A stretch of DNA of 64,000 bases from Methanocaldococcus indicus (lineage in GTDB: Archaea; AGJL01; Methanococci; Methanococcales; Methanocaldococcaceae). The DNA lies in the NCBI RefSeq assembly GCF_049554935.1, contig NZ_CP186926.1:736001-800000 (forward strand), read 5' to 3'. Positions within the stretch are counted from its first letter, which is position 1, and each line of letters opens with the position of its first letter. The notes beneath the pieces were generated by a model, which worked only from the letters and a program-made list of their open reading frames with translations, was not told the DNA's origin and searched no databases. Shown here one piece after another: positions 1-12,000 of this stretch. Made by a program: the position numbers and the translations under genes.

Positions 1-1464
1 TCTCTCTCTATCTGGTAGAGCATCTGGACCAACTAATTGGACAATTTCTTGCAATTCAGCTTCTTTTTGTAATAAACTCATAGCTTCATCTCTTAACTCT
101 CTCCAATCTGGTCCTGTGTTTTGTTTCCACCAATCTGTAACATCATCAACATATAGAGAGTAACTCATTAACCAGTTAATAGCTGGGAAGTGTCTTCTTC
201 TGGCTAAGTTTGCATCTAATGCCCAGAATACTTTAACAATTCTTAATGTGTTAGATGTAACTGGCTCTGAGAAATCTCCTCCTGGTGGTGAGACAGCTCC
301 AACAATTGAAACGAAACCTTCTCTATTATCCTGTCCTAAACATACAACTCTTCCAGCTCTTTCATAGAATTGAGCCAATCTTGAAGCTAAGTAAGCTGGA
401 TACCCTTCTTCCCCTGGCATCTCTTCTAATCTTCCAGATATTTCTCTCATTGCTTCTGCCCATCTTGATGTTGAATCAGCAGTTAATAAAACCCCATATC
501 CCATATCTCTAAAGTATTCAGCTATAGTAATTCCTGTATAGACAGAAGCTTCTCTCGCAGCAACAGGCATGTTAGATGTGTTTGCAATCAAAACAGTTCT
601 ATCCATTAAGATAATTTCTTTATCTCCTTTTTTATATTTTATATGTGGGAACTCTTCAATAACCTCAGTCATCTCATTTCCTCTTTCTCCACAACCAATA
701 TAGACAACAACATCAGCATCAGACCACTTAGCTAATTGATGCTGAGTAACTGTCTTTCCACTACCAAATGGTCCTGGAATTGCTGCTGTACCTCCCTTAG
801 CCAATGGGAAGAAGGTATCTTCTACTCTTTGTCCTGTTATCATTGGTATTTTTGGTGGTAGTTTTTCTTTAAATGGTCTTCCTTTTCTTACTGGCCATTT
901 TTGCATCATTTTTATTTCTTTTTCTCCATCATCTGTTTCAACAATAGCAACAGTATCCTCAACAGTGAATTTACCTTCTTTAATTTCAATTATTTTTCCT
1001 TTTATTCCTACTGGAACTAATATTTTATGAGTTATTGGGTCTGTCTCTGGAACTAATCCAATAATATCTCCTTCTTCAACATAGTCCCCTTCACTTACAG
1101 TAGGTTTAAACTCCCATTTTATATCTCTTGGTAAAGCTGGAACATCCACTCCTCTTGGAATGAATATAGAGCCAGTTTTTTCTTCAATAGCTGTTAATGG
1201 TCTTTGAATCCCATCATACATTGCTCTTAACATTCCAGGTCCTAACTCAACAGATAGAGGAGCCCCAGTACCTTCAACTGGTTCTCCTGGTTTTACACCA
1301 GTTGTATCTTCATAAACTTGAATAACTGCTTTATCATCTCTCAATTGGATAATTTCTCCTGTTAATTTTTCTTCTCCTACTTTAACAACCTCATACATCT
1401 GAGAACCTTTCATACCTTCAGCCATAACAACAGGTCCAGCTATCTTTATAATCCTTCCTGCCAT
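1..1464 (-). CDS. atpA: A1Ao ATP synthase subunit A (3' end runs off the window)
   Basis: Not in the ORF track. Manual translation from ATG at 1464 gives [13 protein letters not shown]...[17 protein letters not shown]...GCGERGNEM...[12 protein letters not shown]. No intein at the P-loop. Confidence 0.97.
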   Translation of the reverse strand, partial: MAGRIIKIAGPVVMAEGMKGSQMYEVVKVGEEKLTGEIIQLRDDKAVIQVYEDTTGVKPGEPVEGTGAPLSVELGPGMLRAMYDGIQRPLTAIEEKTGSIFIPRGVDVPALPRDIKWEFKPTVSEGDYVEEGDIIGLVPETDPITHKILVPVGIKGKIIEIKEGKFTVEDTVAIVETDDGEKEIKMMQKWPVRKGRPFKEKLPPKIPMITGQRVEDTFFPLAKGGTAAIPGPFGSGKTVTQHQLAKWSDADVVVYIGCGERGNEMTEVIEEFPHIKYKKGDKEIILMDRTVLIANTSNMPVAAREASVYTGITIAEYFRDMGYGVLLTADSTSRWAEAMREISGRLEEMPGEEGYPAYLASRLAQFYERAGRVVCLGQDNREGFVSIVGAVSPPGGDFSEPVTSNTLRIVKVFWALDANLARRRHFPAINWLMSYSLYVDDVTDWWKQNTGPDWRELRDEAMSLLQKEAELQEIVQLVGPDALPDRER

Positions 1465-1482
1465 ATTTTATCACCTTAATTT

Positions 1483-1773
1483 TTATTTAACTACTCCAAC
1501 AGCTTTTCTTATAAGTTCTTTTATAGGGTCTTCTTTAACAACTTTTCCAGATTTATCTGGAATTTGAACAACTACTTTTTTATATTTTTCTAAGAAATCT
1601 TTCACTTCTAATGCAAGCTTTTCTGTAATTATGACAAATGCAATATCTTCCCTATCTAATTCATTTAGAGCATTTATAACTTCATCTTTTGTTTTAGCTT
1701 CATAAACATCAGATAATCCAGCCAATCTAAAACCAATAGCTGTCTCAGTATCACCTATAACACCAATTTTCAT
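1483..1773 (-). CDS. atpF: A1Ao ATP synthase subunit F
   Basis: IGVIGDTETAIGFRLAG motif; position between subunits C and A. Confidence 0.95.
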   Translation of the reverse strand: MKIGVIGDTETAIGFRLAGLSDVYEAKTKDEVINALNELDREDIAFVIITEKLALEVKDFLEKYKKVVVQIPDKSGKVVKEDPIKELIRKAVGVVK

Positions 1774-2946
1774 TTAGCTCACCAAAGATTTGATTTCTTC
1801 TGGATTTAAATTCTCCAATTTTCCTTTTATAATTGTTTTTAGCTTTTTTACTTCACTTTCTTTTGCTATAATTAAGCTTAATATTGGACCTAAGCCAAAT
1901 GGTTTTCTTAGAGCTATTCTTTTACTTTTATCAACTAAATAGTTATCCAAAGCTTTTTCAAATACATATACAGATTTTGTTTTATTAAATTCTTCCAATT
2001 TTTCAGCTAAAATTTGAGAGTAACTTGTTCCTTCTAAACCACTTATAACACCTTCAATTCCAGAAGCACCTGCTAACTCTTTCAACTTCCATAATGGTAA
2101 TTCATAACCATCAGTTAAATATTTAATAATTTCATCTGCAGGTAAATTGTCTGATTTTGCTTTTAGTAAAACTTTTAGATTTTCAATATCAATCAATAAT
2201 CCAATAAATTCTCTAAATAAATCTTCTTCTTTACCTTCAATCATAATTTCCTTTTTTAAGCTTTCTAAGTAATATTTATCTAATGCTAATTCTAATGGTA
2301 ACAACTTTTTTGTTTGCTCATATTCTGGAAGAATTTCCTGTAAAATTTTGAAATATTCAGTCCCTTCTAATCCTCTAACTATTTCCTCAACACTTCCTAC
2401 TTCTGTTAAATCTCTTAATTTATCTTTAAGCTCTCCTAATGGAATTAATAGAGGGTGTATCTCTTCAGGTTTTAGGTTTAGATATTTAGCTCTTAAAAGT
2501 GTCTTAATATTTTGAATATCATATTTTTTAATCAATATCTTTAAAACTTTTTTTGCTGAATCAGGAGATATATTATATATAAATGTATATAGGTTTGCTA
2601 AATAAGTATCAAATGCTCTCTCTACTAATAATGGGTCTTTCTTTTCTAATGTTTCTATAAACTCACTATAATCTGTATCAGCCAACAATCCCAAAATTTC
2701 TTCAAAACTTCCAGCTTCAATTAATTCATTTAATTTATTTGAATCTAATAATTTACCTTCTCTACTTCTAATTCTTGCATTTACATATGCATAAGGGGCT
2801 AAATCAATAATCATCTTAGTAATCCAAACAATAATAACAAGAACAATAATAACAGTTATTATTGTTATAAGCATAGTAAAGGGATTGTTCATAACATCCA
2901 TAAGTGTTTTAAATAATGTCTCTCCCATCAATGCCCCTATATCCAT
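1774..2946 (-). CDS. atpC: A1Ao ATP synthase subunit C (with N-terminal hydrophobic extension)
   Basis: YAYVNARIR motif, ALDKYY repeats, operon position. Confidence 0.93.
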   Translation of the reverse strand: MDIGALMGETLFKTLMDVMNNPFTMLITIITVIIVLVIIVWITKMIIDLAPYAYVNARIRSREGKLLDSNKLNELIEAGSFEEILGLLADTDYSEFIETLEKKDPLLVERAFDTYLANLYTFIYNISPDSAKKVLKILIKKYDIQNIKTLLRAKYLNLKPEEIHPLLIPLGELKDKLRDLTEVGSVEEIVRGLEGTEYFKILQEILPEYEQTKKLLPLELALDKYYLESLKKEIMIEGKEEDLFREFIGLLIDIENLKVLLKAKSDNLPADEIIKYLTDGYELPLWKLKELAGASGIEGVISGLEGTSYSQILAEKLEEFNKTKSVYVFEKALDNYLVDKSKRIALRKPFGLGPILSLIIAKESEVKKLKTIIKGKLENLNPEEIKSLVS

Positions 2947-2956
2947 TATACATCAC

Positions 2957-3556
2957 CTAAAATAGCTTCTCCACAATCTTAATCCTAATTTCTGGCAATT
3001 TTCTTTCAAAAACAGCTTCTAAACTATTATCTACTAACTTAGTTCTTTCAATATTCTCTAATATTATTCCTCCAATTATATTAGCTGTTTCTACGTTAAG
3101 TTTTATATTCTTTCCAAACTCATATTTTAATTCTTTTTCTATATTTTTAATTAATTCTATATCTCTCTCATTTATTTTTGCATAATATTCCTCTTCTTCT
3201 CCTAAAACATTAATAGCATCAACTGTTAATTTGTATAATATATCCTGATATTTATCACTTTCAGGGAGTTTCTTTAAATCTTCTCTTAGTTTTTCAATAG
3301 CTTTCTCTATAATTTCCTCTCTTGCTTTTAGTAATTTTTTCTTTGCCTCTAATTTTGCCTCTGCTATAATTCTATTTTTCAACAATTCAGCCTCTTTCTC
3401 TCCTCTCTTTAAAATTTCTTCTTTTCTTTTTTTTGCTTCTTCTTCAGCTTTCTTTAAAATTTCCTCTTTTTCTTTTTTAGCTTCTTCAATTATTTTATTT
3501 GCCTCAGCTGTTGCATCTTCTAATATTTTAGATTTTATTTTATCAATTCCCATCAT
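2957..3556 (-). CDS. atpE: A1Ao ATP synthase subunit E
   Basis: Coiled-coil N-terminus; IIGGIIL...VDNSLEA C-terminus. Confidence 0.93.
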   Translation of the reverse strand: MMGIDKIKSKILEDATAEANKIIEEAKKEKEEILKKAEEEAKKRKEEILKRGEKEAELLKNRIIAEAKLEAKKKLLKAREEIIEKAIEKLREDLKKLPESDKYQDILYKLTVDAINVLGEEEEYYAKINERDIELIKNIEKELKYEFGKNIKLNVETANIIGGIILENIERTKLVDNSLEAVFERKLPEIRIKIVEKLF

Positions 3557-3596
3557 ATCTCACCTTAAAAAAATTTAAAAAGAGAATTTTAGAGTT

Positions 3597-4250
3597 TTAT
3601 AATAAAACCATAATTAATATTGCTATTAACAAACCAAAGATAGCAAATGTCTCTGGCATAACAGCTAAAACTAACCCTTTACCCATAGCTTCTGGGTCTC
3701 TTGCAGTTGCTGCAATAGCTCCTGCAGCAGTAATACCTTGTCCAATCCCAGACAATCCAGCAAACCCAACTGCAAATCCTGCACCTAAAGCAGCAACTGT
3801 TGTAGCTCCTGCTCCACTAAATACACCAACTAATAACAATATAGAAATTAACAACCCATAAATTGCTTGTGTCTCTGGTAGAACAGAGAAAACCATAGCT
3901 TTACCAAACATTTCACTATCCTCAGCTGTTGCTCCTAAACCAGCTGCAGCTGCTATACCTTGCCCAATAGCAGATAATCCAGCTAAACCAGTAGCTAATC
4001 CAGCTCCAAACATTGCCCATGCAGGAGCTGTTTTAAAGACAAACAAGATTAATATTGCTATTAAGAAGCCATACAACCCTTGTGTCTGTGGAAGTGCTTG
4101 GAAAACAATTGCTGTCCCAAACTTGTTAGGGTCTTCTGCAATAACGCCTGCTCCACTTGCTCCTGTTATTCCAGCACCAATTCCTGAACCTAAACCAGCT
4201 ATACCAACTGCTAAACCTGCTCCAATAGCTCCTAATAATATTGGTTCCAT
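3597..4250 (-). CDS. atpK: A1Ao ATP synthase proteolipid subunit K/c, triplicated (three hairpins)
   Basis: Three Gly-rich hairpins with LPQTQ, LPETQ and MPETF at the ion-binding positions. Confidence 0.96.
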   Translation of the reverse strand: MEPILLGAIGAGLAVGIAGLGSGIGAGITGASGAGVIAEDPNKFGTAIVFQALPQTQGLYGFLIAILILFVFKTAPAWAMFGAGLATGLAGLSAIGQGIAAAAGLGATAEDSEMFGKAMVFSVLPETQAIYGLLISILLLVGVFSGAGATTVAALGAGFAVGFAGLSGIGQGITAAGAIAATARDPEAMGKGLVLAVMPETFAIFGLLIAILIMVLL

Positions 4251-4272
4251 ATCTTTTCACCTCAAAAATTTT

Positions 4273-6318
4273 TTATTGTTGTGTTAGAGTATATTCTCTT
4301 TTAGCTTTGAAAGGGGTAAATTTCTTACCTCCTCCTTCATAGAATTGGCTGAAGAATTCAACATAATGTAATCTTAGAGAATGAATGAAAGCTCCTAAAC
4401 CATTCATTACAAAGTTGAATATATGCCCACCTATTAATATAATTATTGCTAAAATTACTCCAACTATTGGAATGGCTTCTCCAACTAACTTAGCCATAAT
4501 ATTTACAGCCATTGCTAAACCTCCAGTAGCTAAACAGAGAGCCAACAACCTTGCATATGAAAGGACATTTCCTAAAAATCCAGTTATATCTAAAGCTCCT
4601 AAACCAGCTCCCATAATTCCATTTTCTTTAAATCCTTTATACATACTTGCCAATAGGACAATTATTAATGCAGCTATTACAACTATTGGTATTTTGAATG
4701 ATACAACAGTTATTGTAAATGCTGGATACAATGCTAATCCAATAACTATTGACAATATCAACAAAATCCAAATACCTTGGTTTATTATTGCATCTTCAAC
4801 TAATCCTCTTCTTATATTTTCTTTAAATCCTACTATCAACCCAATAAATAAATGCAACATACCAACAGCTATAGCAAATGCTAAGATAGCTATTGGCCCA
4901 TTTGGTATATAATTACTTGCTCCTAATGGATTAACTAATGCCAATCCCATTTTATAGATATCAATTCCTAAGAACTTATCTAAGAAATCTCCTAAATAAC
5001 CTCCTGTTAGAACTCCAGCAATTATTGTAGCAATTCCTGCTAATGTTAAAATATATCCTAATTTACTTGCTCCTTCACTTACTTTACCCAACTTTTTCCA
5101 CATCCATAAACCAACTAATGTCAAAGCTAATCCATAAACTGCATCAGTTAGCATAATACCATAGAACAATAAGAATCCTGGAACTAACAAGATTGTTGGG
5201 TCTACTTCGTTGTATTTAGGCATTGCATACATCTCAGTTAGCATTTCAAATGGCTTAATTGGTTTAGGATTGTTTAGCATAACTGGGATTTTATCTTCTT
5301 CAACATCAGGCTCATCAATATCTACTACACAGTATCCATTAGACTTTTCTTCAACAATTCTTTTAGCTTTATCTATATAGAGAACAGGAACCCACATCTC
5401 AATGTAGTATGTTCTCTCAGTTCTTCCAAAGTTGTTGTATGCCTCAGCCCTTTCTTTCTCAATATTTAATAATTCATAAACAACTAAAAGCTTTTTCTTC
5501 CATTGTTTAGCTAAATCTCTTATTTTATTTTTGATACTTTCTAATTCTCTATCTATTTCTTTTAATCTATTTTCTATTTTGTTATATTCTTCATCAGGTT
5601 TTCCTTCTCCTTCAACATCTAATCTTTCAAATTCATATTTTCTCAATATAGATAAAGCTTTATCTAAATACTCTTTTAAAACAACTACAATAGAGACAAC
5701 TTTTTTGTTGTTCTCATCACCAATCTCTTTACATTCTAATATGTCAGAATATCCTGATGTTTCATTTTCCAATATATTCTTTAATTCATTTATTTTGTTT
5801 TTTGGAATTAATCCAATTGTTATATATGTATATACTCCTTCTCCTAACAATGATAATGGAACATCAATCCCTAAAATATACTTTAATTGTTCTTTTAACT
5901 GGATAAGTTTTGACTTTTCATTTTCTAATTCATTTAATTTATTTGACAATTCCTCTAAATCTTTCTCAACATTATTAACAATACTCTTAACATAGTTCAT
6001 AACATCTTCATGAGAGTTAGGTACTCTTTCCTTTTCTGGTGGTTTTGGATTTAATAACTCCTTAATTCCACCACTTTCTTCAGAAACACTCTCAAATAAA
6101 TCCAAATATTTGCTAACTTTTAACATTAATGAAGTAACATCTCTTATATATGGTGCTGATGATGAAGGTTTTATAAGATTTCTCCATTCAATATCTTCTA
6201 ATTTTTCAGATAAATCATAAATTTCAGCTACACCTTCCTCATGTAGGGCCCTTACAACATCATCAACATATTCATCCAATATCACCATTTTCATCTTCTT
6301 CATTCTAACAGGTCTCAC
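4273..6318 (-). CDS. atpI: A1Ao ATP synthase subunit I/a
   Basis: LSYARLLAL and IHSLRLHYVEFFSQFY motifs. Confidence 0.96.
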   Translation of the reverse strand: MRPVRMKKMKMVILDEYVDDVVRALHEEGVAEIYDLSEKLEDIEWRNLIKPSSSAPYIRDVTSLMLKVSKYLDLFESVSEESGGIKELLNPKPPEKERVPNSHEDVMNYVKSIVNNVEKDLEELSNKLNELENEKSKLIQLKEQLKYILGIDVPLSLLGEGVYTYITIGLIPKNKINELKNILENETSGYSDILECKEIGDENNKKVVSIVVVLKEYLDKALSILRKYEFERLDVEGEGKPDEEYNKIENRLKEIDRELESIKNKIRDLAKQWKKKLLVVYELLNIEKERAEAYNNFGRTERTYYIEMWVPVLYIDKAKRIVEEKSNGYCVVDIDEPDVEEDKIPVMLNNPKPIKPFEMLTEMYAMPKYNEVDPTILLVPGFLLFYGIMLTDAVYGLALTLVGLWMWKKLGKVSEGASKLGYILTLAGIATIIAGVLTGGYLGDFLDKFLGIDIYKMGLALVNPLGASNYIPNGPIAILAFAIAVGMLHLFIGLIVGFKENIRRGLVEDAIINQGIWILLILSIVIGLALYPAFTITVVSFKIPIVVIAALIIVLLASMYKGFKENGIMGAGLGALDITGFLGNVLSYARLLALCLATGGLAMAVNIMAKLVGEAIPIVGVILAIIILIGGHIFNFVMNGLGAFIHSLRLHYVEFFSQFYEGGGKKFTPFKAKREYTLTQQ

Positions 6319-6333
6319 AACAAATCACCTTTT

Positions 6334-6654
6334 TTAGAATTCTAAAACTTCATCTAAGGATAAAGATAGAACTCTAACCTTTGCAATAGACATAATTTGT
6401 TTTTTTTCATCCTCAACTTCAACTAAAATATTTTCAGCTTCTTTTTTAGCTTCCTCTTCAGCTTTTTTAAGCATAAGTTCAACTTCTTTTTTTGCCTCTT
6501 CCTCTGCTTTCTTTATTATTTGTTTAGCTTCCTCAATTGCTTCATTCCTTATCTTTTCAGCTTCTTCTTTTGCTTGTTGTATCTTATTTACTGCTTCTTC
6601 TTCTGCCATTCTAACGTCTTTTAATGCCTCTGCTATGCTCATAACTTTCACCAA
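6334..6654 (-). CDS. atpH: A1Ao ATP synthase subunit H
   Basis: Short E/K/A coiled coil, first gene of the operon. Confidence 0.88.
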   Translation of the reverse strand: MVKVMSIAEALKDVRMAEEEAVNKIQQAKEEAEKIRNEAIEEAKQIIKKAEEEAKKEVELMLKKAEEEAKKEAENILVEVEDEKKQIMSIAKVRVLSLSLDEVLEF

Positions 6655-6691
6655 AAAATAGGAGAATTAAAAATTATTTATTGAATTATTA

Positions 6692-7195
6692 TTAAAAACT
6701 TTTAGATAGCCAATAAATTGTTGATGGTATAATACCAATAGCAGTACAAGTTTCTAAGGATACTCCTTTCTCAGTTATATCTAAATGATACTTACAAAAT
6801 CTTAAAATATCTTTTGGTAGTCCATGCCTACCTAAACCAACAAATAGACCAATTGGTCTATTTTTCAAAAGTTTTACAGTATCAATTGGAGTTATTTCTT
6901 TTGATTTTTCTGGTTTAGATGTTGTAGCAATAGGAATTCCAAATTGAGGTAAAAATTTATCAACAATAAAAAATCTATTTTTATCAATTAATTCTTTTAA
7001 ATAGCTACCTTCATTTCCAATAGTTGTATTTATATTATTTAAATCTTCTTTTTTACATGGAAAGTCCATAATAGCTAAGTTGAAATCATAGGCATAACAT
7101 ACAGGAGCTGCTCTTGCAATAGCTCTTTTATGTGCTTCGTGCCATCTTTTTTTATCATAAGAATTATATAAAATTAGCGTTGCTCTTTTATACAT
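6692..7195 (-). CDS. DUF531-type conserved archaeal protein (SPOUT-like)
   Basis: HKRAIARAAP, ATTSKP, GLGRHGLP and SLETCTAIG motifs. Confidence 0.7.
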   Translation of the reverse strand: MYKRATLILYNSYDKKRWHEAHKRAIARAAPVCYAYDFNLAIMDFPCKKEDLNNINTTIGNEGSYLKELIDKNRFFIVDKFLPQFGIPIATTSKPEKSKEITPIDTVKLLKNRPIGLFVGLGRHGLPKDILRFCKYHLDITEKGVSLETCTAIGIIPSTIYWLSKSF

Positions 7196-7282
7196 AAATA
7201 TCGGAAATAGCTTTCCTAATTATATACAATAGTTAATCTTTAATTGTAACGATATTTAAATACAACATATAATGTTCAAACC

Positions 7283-7297
7283 GAAAAGTTTATATAT
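7283..7297 (+). promoter_or_regulatory. BRE/TATA promoter of tRNA-Leu
   Basis: GAAAAG-TTTATATA about 30 nt upstream of the tRNA. Confidence 0.75.
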
Positions 7298-7327
7298 GAG
7301 GATAGTGATTATTATTTTTGCTCACGT

Positions 7328-7412
7328 GCAGGGGTCGCCAAGCCTGGCCAAAGGCGCCGGACTTAAGATCCGGTCCCGAAGGGGTTCCGGGGTTCAAATC
7401 CCCGCCCCTGCA
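7328..7412 (+). tRNA. tRNA-Leu (anticodon UAA), no intron, CCA not encoded
   Basis: Acceptor stem GCAGGGG/CCCCTGC plus discriminator A; anticodon arm CCGGA-CTTAAGA-TCCGG; long variable arm; TTCAAAT T-loop. Confidence 0.97.
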
Positions 7413-7488
7413 CTATTTGTTTGATAACAATAAATAATTTTATTTTTATAACACAATATATTCATAGATTTAAATTTTTGGTGAAATT

Positions 7489-8148
7489 GTGAGATATGAG
7501 TTTCATACACATACTGTTTTTAGTGATGGAGAACTAATCCCTTCTGAACTTGTTAGGAGAGCTATTTATTTAAATTATAAAGCAATAGCTATAACAGACC
7601 ATGCTGATGCAAGTAACTATAAAGAGTTAATTGAAAAGGTTTTATTGGCTAAGGAAGAACTAAAAAATTATTGGGATATAAAGGTTATTGTTGGTGTTGA
7701 ACTTACCCATATTCCCCCAAAATCTATTCCTAAATTAGCTAAAAAATCAAAAGATTTAGGAGCTGAGATTGTTGTAGTTCATGGAGAAACAATTGTTGAG
7801 CCAGTTGAAGAAAAGACTAATTACTATGCATCTATTTCTGAGGATGTAGATATCTTAGCACATCCAGGATTTTTAGATACAGACACAATTAACAATTTAA
7901 AAGAGAACAATATTTTTGTTGAAATATCTGCAAGAAGAGGACATTCTTTAACAAATGGCTATATTGTTAATGTGGCAAGAGAGCATAAATTAAAAACTTT
8001 AATTAATACAGATGCCCATTCTCCTTCAGATTTAATAACCTATGACTTTGCCAAAAAAGTAGGTTTAGGAGCAGGATTAACAAATAGAGAGTTGGAAAAG
8101 ACATTGTTGGATTATCCAAAAGAGCTATTAAAAAGAATTGAAAGGTGA
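7489..8148 (+). CDS. PHP-domain (histidinol-phosphatase-like) protein
   Basis: FHTHT, ITDH, GVELTH, LAHPG and NTDAH motifs. Confidence 0.88.
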   Translation: MRYEFHTHTVFSDGELIPSELVRRAIYLNYKAIAITDHADASNYKELIEKVLLAKEELKNYWDIKVIVGVELTHIPPKSIPKLAKKSKDLGAEIVVVHGETIVEPVEEKTNYYASISEDVDILAHPGFLDTDTINNLKENNIFVEISARRGHSLTNGYIVNVAREHKLKTLINTDAHSPSDLITYDFAKKVGLGAGLTNRELEKTLLDYPKELLKRIER

Positions 8149-8995
8149 AATTATCATTACTGTTGATGATATTGTAGAATTATTTAGAGAAGCTGTAATT
8201 TATCTCCCAAAGGATGTAAAAAAATCTTTAAATGAAGCTTATGAAAAAGAAGAGGGGAAATTATCAAAAGAAACATTAAAGGCAATAATTGAAAATAATA
8301 AAATAGCTGAAAGTGATTGTGTTCCTCTATGTCAAGATACAGGAGTTCCTATTGTCTTTTTAAAAGTTGGGAGAAATATAAATACAAATGAATTGTTTAA
8401 AATATTTGAGATAATAAAAGAAGGTGTAAAAAAAGCAACAGATGAGATTCCTTTAAGGCCTAATGTTGTCCATCCTATAACAAGAGAAAATATTGGAAAT
8501 GTTGGATTATCATCTCCATTTATTAATGTTGATTTTGATAAAAATTTAGATAGAGAAATTGAAATAACAGTATTCCCAAAAGGAGCAGGTAGTGAAAATA
8601 TCTCTTCTTTAAAGATGTTAAAACCATCTGATGGTTTGGAAGGAATAAAAAAATTTGTTTTAAATGTTGTTGGAGATGCATTAGGTAAGCCATGCCCTCC
8701 AATAGTTGTTGGAATAGGAATAGGTGGAACATCTGATTTAGCTTTAAAATTAGCTAAAAAAGCTCTTTTAAGGAATATTGGAGAGAGACATAAAGATAAA
8801 GAAATAGCTAATTTAGAGATTGAACTATTAAACAAAATTAATGAGTTAGGAATTGGAGCTATGGGTTTAGGTGGAAAGATAACTGCCTTAGATGTATTTA
8901 TAGAGATAGCTGGATGTCATACAGCATCTCTTCCAGTTGGAGTGTGTATTAACTGTTGGGCTCATAGAAAAGCAAAAAGAAGATTTAAACTTTAA
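8138..8995 (+). CDS. Fe-S fumarate hydratase (class I) alpha subunit
   Basis: PLCQDTG, KGAGSEN, PCPP, GIGIGGT and CWAHR motifs. Confidence 0.9.
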   Translation: MKGEIIITVDDIVELFREAVIYLPKDVKKSLNEAYEKEEGKLSKETLKAIIENNKIAESDCVPLCQDTGVPIVFLKVGRNINTNELFKIFEIIKEGVKKATDEIPLRPNVVHPITRENIGNVGLSSPFINVDFDKNLDREIEITVFPKGAGSENISSLKMLKPSDGLEGIKKFVLNVVGDALGKPCPPIVVGIGIGGTSDLALKLAKKALLRNIGERHKDKEIANLEIELLNKINELGIGAMGLGGKITALDVFIEIAGCHTASLPVGVCINCWAHRKAKRRFKL

Positions 8996-9001
8996 AAGTG
9001 A

Positions 9002-9661
<660 letters not shown>

Positions 9662-9663
9662 GT

Positions 9664-11473
<1,810 letters not shown>

Positions 11474-11490
11474 TTTAAGGTTATATTTTG

Positions 11491-11527
11491 AGTATTGTCC
11501 TTGTTTTAATGGACTAACGATTTAGAC
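11491..11527 (-). repeat. Solitary degenerate CRISPR-repeat-like unit (37-nt type)
   Basis: Minus strand GTCTAAATCGTTAGTCCATTAAAACAAGGA-caatact, with BRE/TATA GAAAGATTTATAT about 44 nt upstream. Resemblance to ...TCCAYTAAAACAAGGATTGAAAC repeats is from memory. Confidence 0.45.
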
Positions 11528-11920
11528 CCTTGCTGTTCATCCTTATTTTATGTCCGAACTACCCATATAAATCTTTCATTTTTCACCTTATTTTTCTTAA
11601 CTGGATAATTATTAAAATATCCATAAAAGCAAGAAGATTTGTGCATAGTATTTTATATATCAACTTGCACAACCGTGGCTAAAAATCTCGATAATTAGGA
11701 CTTATTTAACATAATCAAAAACCAATCCAAACCTAAAACTACACAAATACGAACAAACAACTAAAATCTCCAAAAAAATTAGCATTACTTTTCCTTAATT
11801 TTCTCATACCAAAATCTAAGGAAGGATATATGAAAGCAAGAAAACTTAATTAGAATAATTAATATTATACATTAAAAATATTAATAAAAGTAACCTATAT
11901 ATAGAATTTTAGAGTTAAAT

Positions 11921-12000
11921 TATTATAACCCTACTCCATAGTGGGTAGGGTGTAATACTTATTTTTACTGTGCCCCGTAGTGGGCACAGTGTATTCTTAT
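11921..12000 (+). ncRNA. Candidate twin-hairpin small RNA
   Basis: Two 9-bp GC-rich stems with different sequences but the same CRTAGT loop, 39-nt period, TATA at about 11896-11903. Confidence 0.5.

Noticed and set aside
1-1464. Intein in atpA
   Set aside because: [11 protein letters not shown] is contiguous.
7328-7412. tRNA-Leu as an integration site
   Set aside because: No duplicate of its 3' end and no integrase seen in the window.
11558-11590. AAGGTGA plus ATG mini-ORF (MKDLYG-stop) as a CreT-like toxin
   Set aside because: No tandem rare codons or following hairpin; the same bases are better explained as a BRE/TATA box.
11711-11815. Homology of the G/T-rich minus-strand tract to the CRISPR leader at 17400-17500
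   Set aside because: Similar composition and short patches only; it cannot be distinguished from bias without an alignment.
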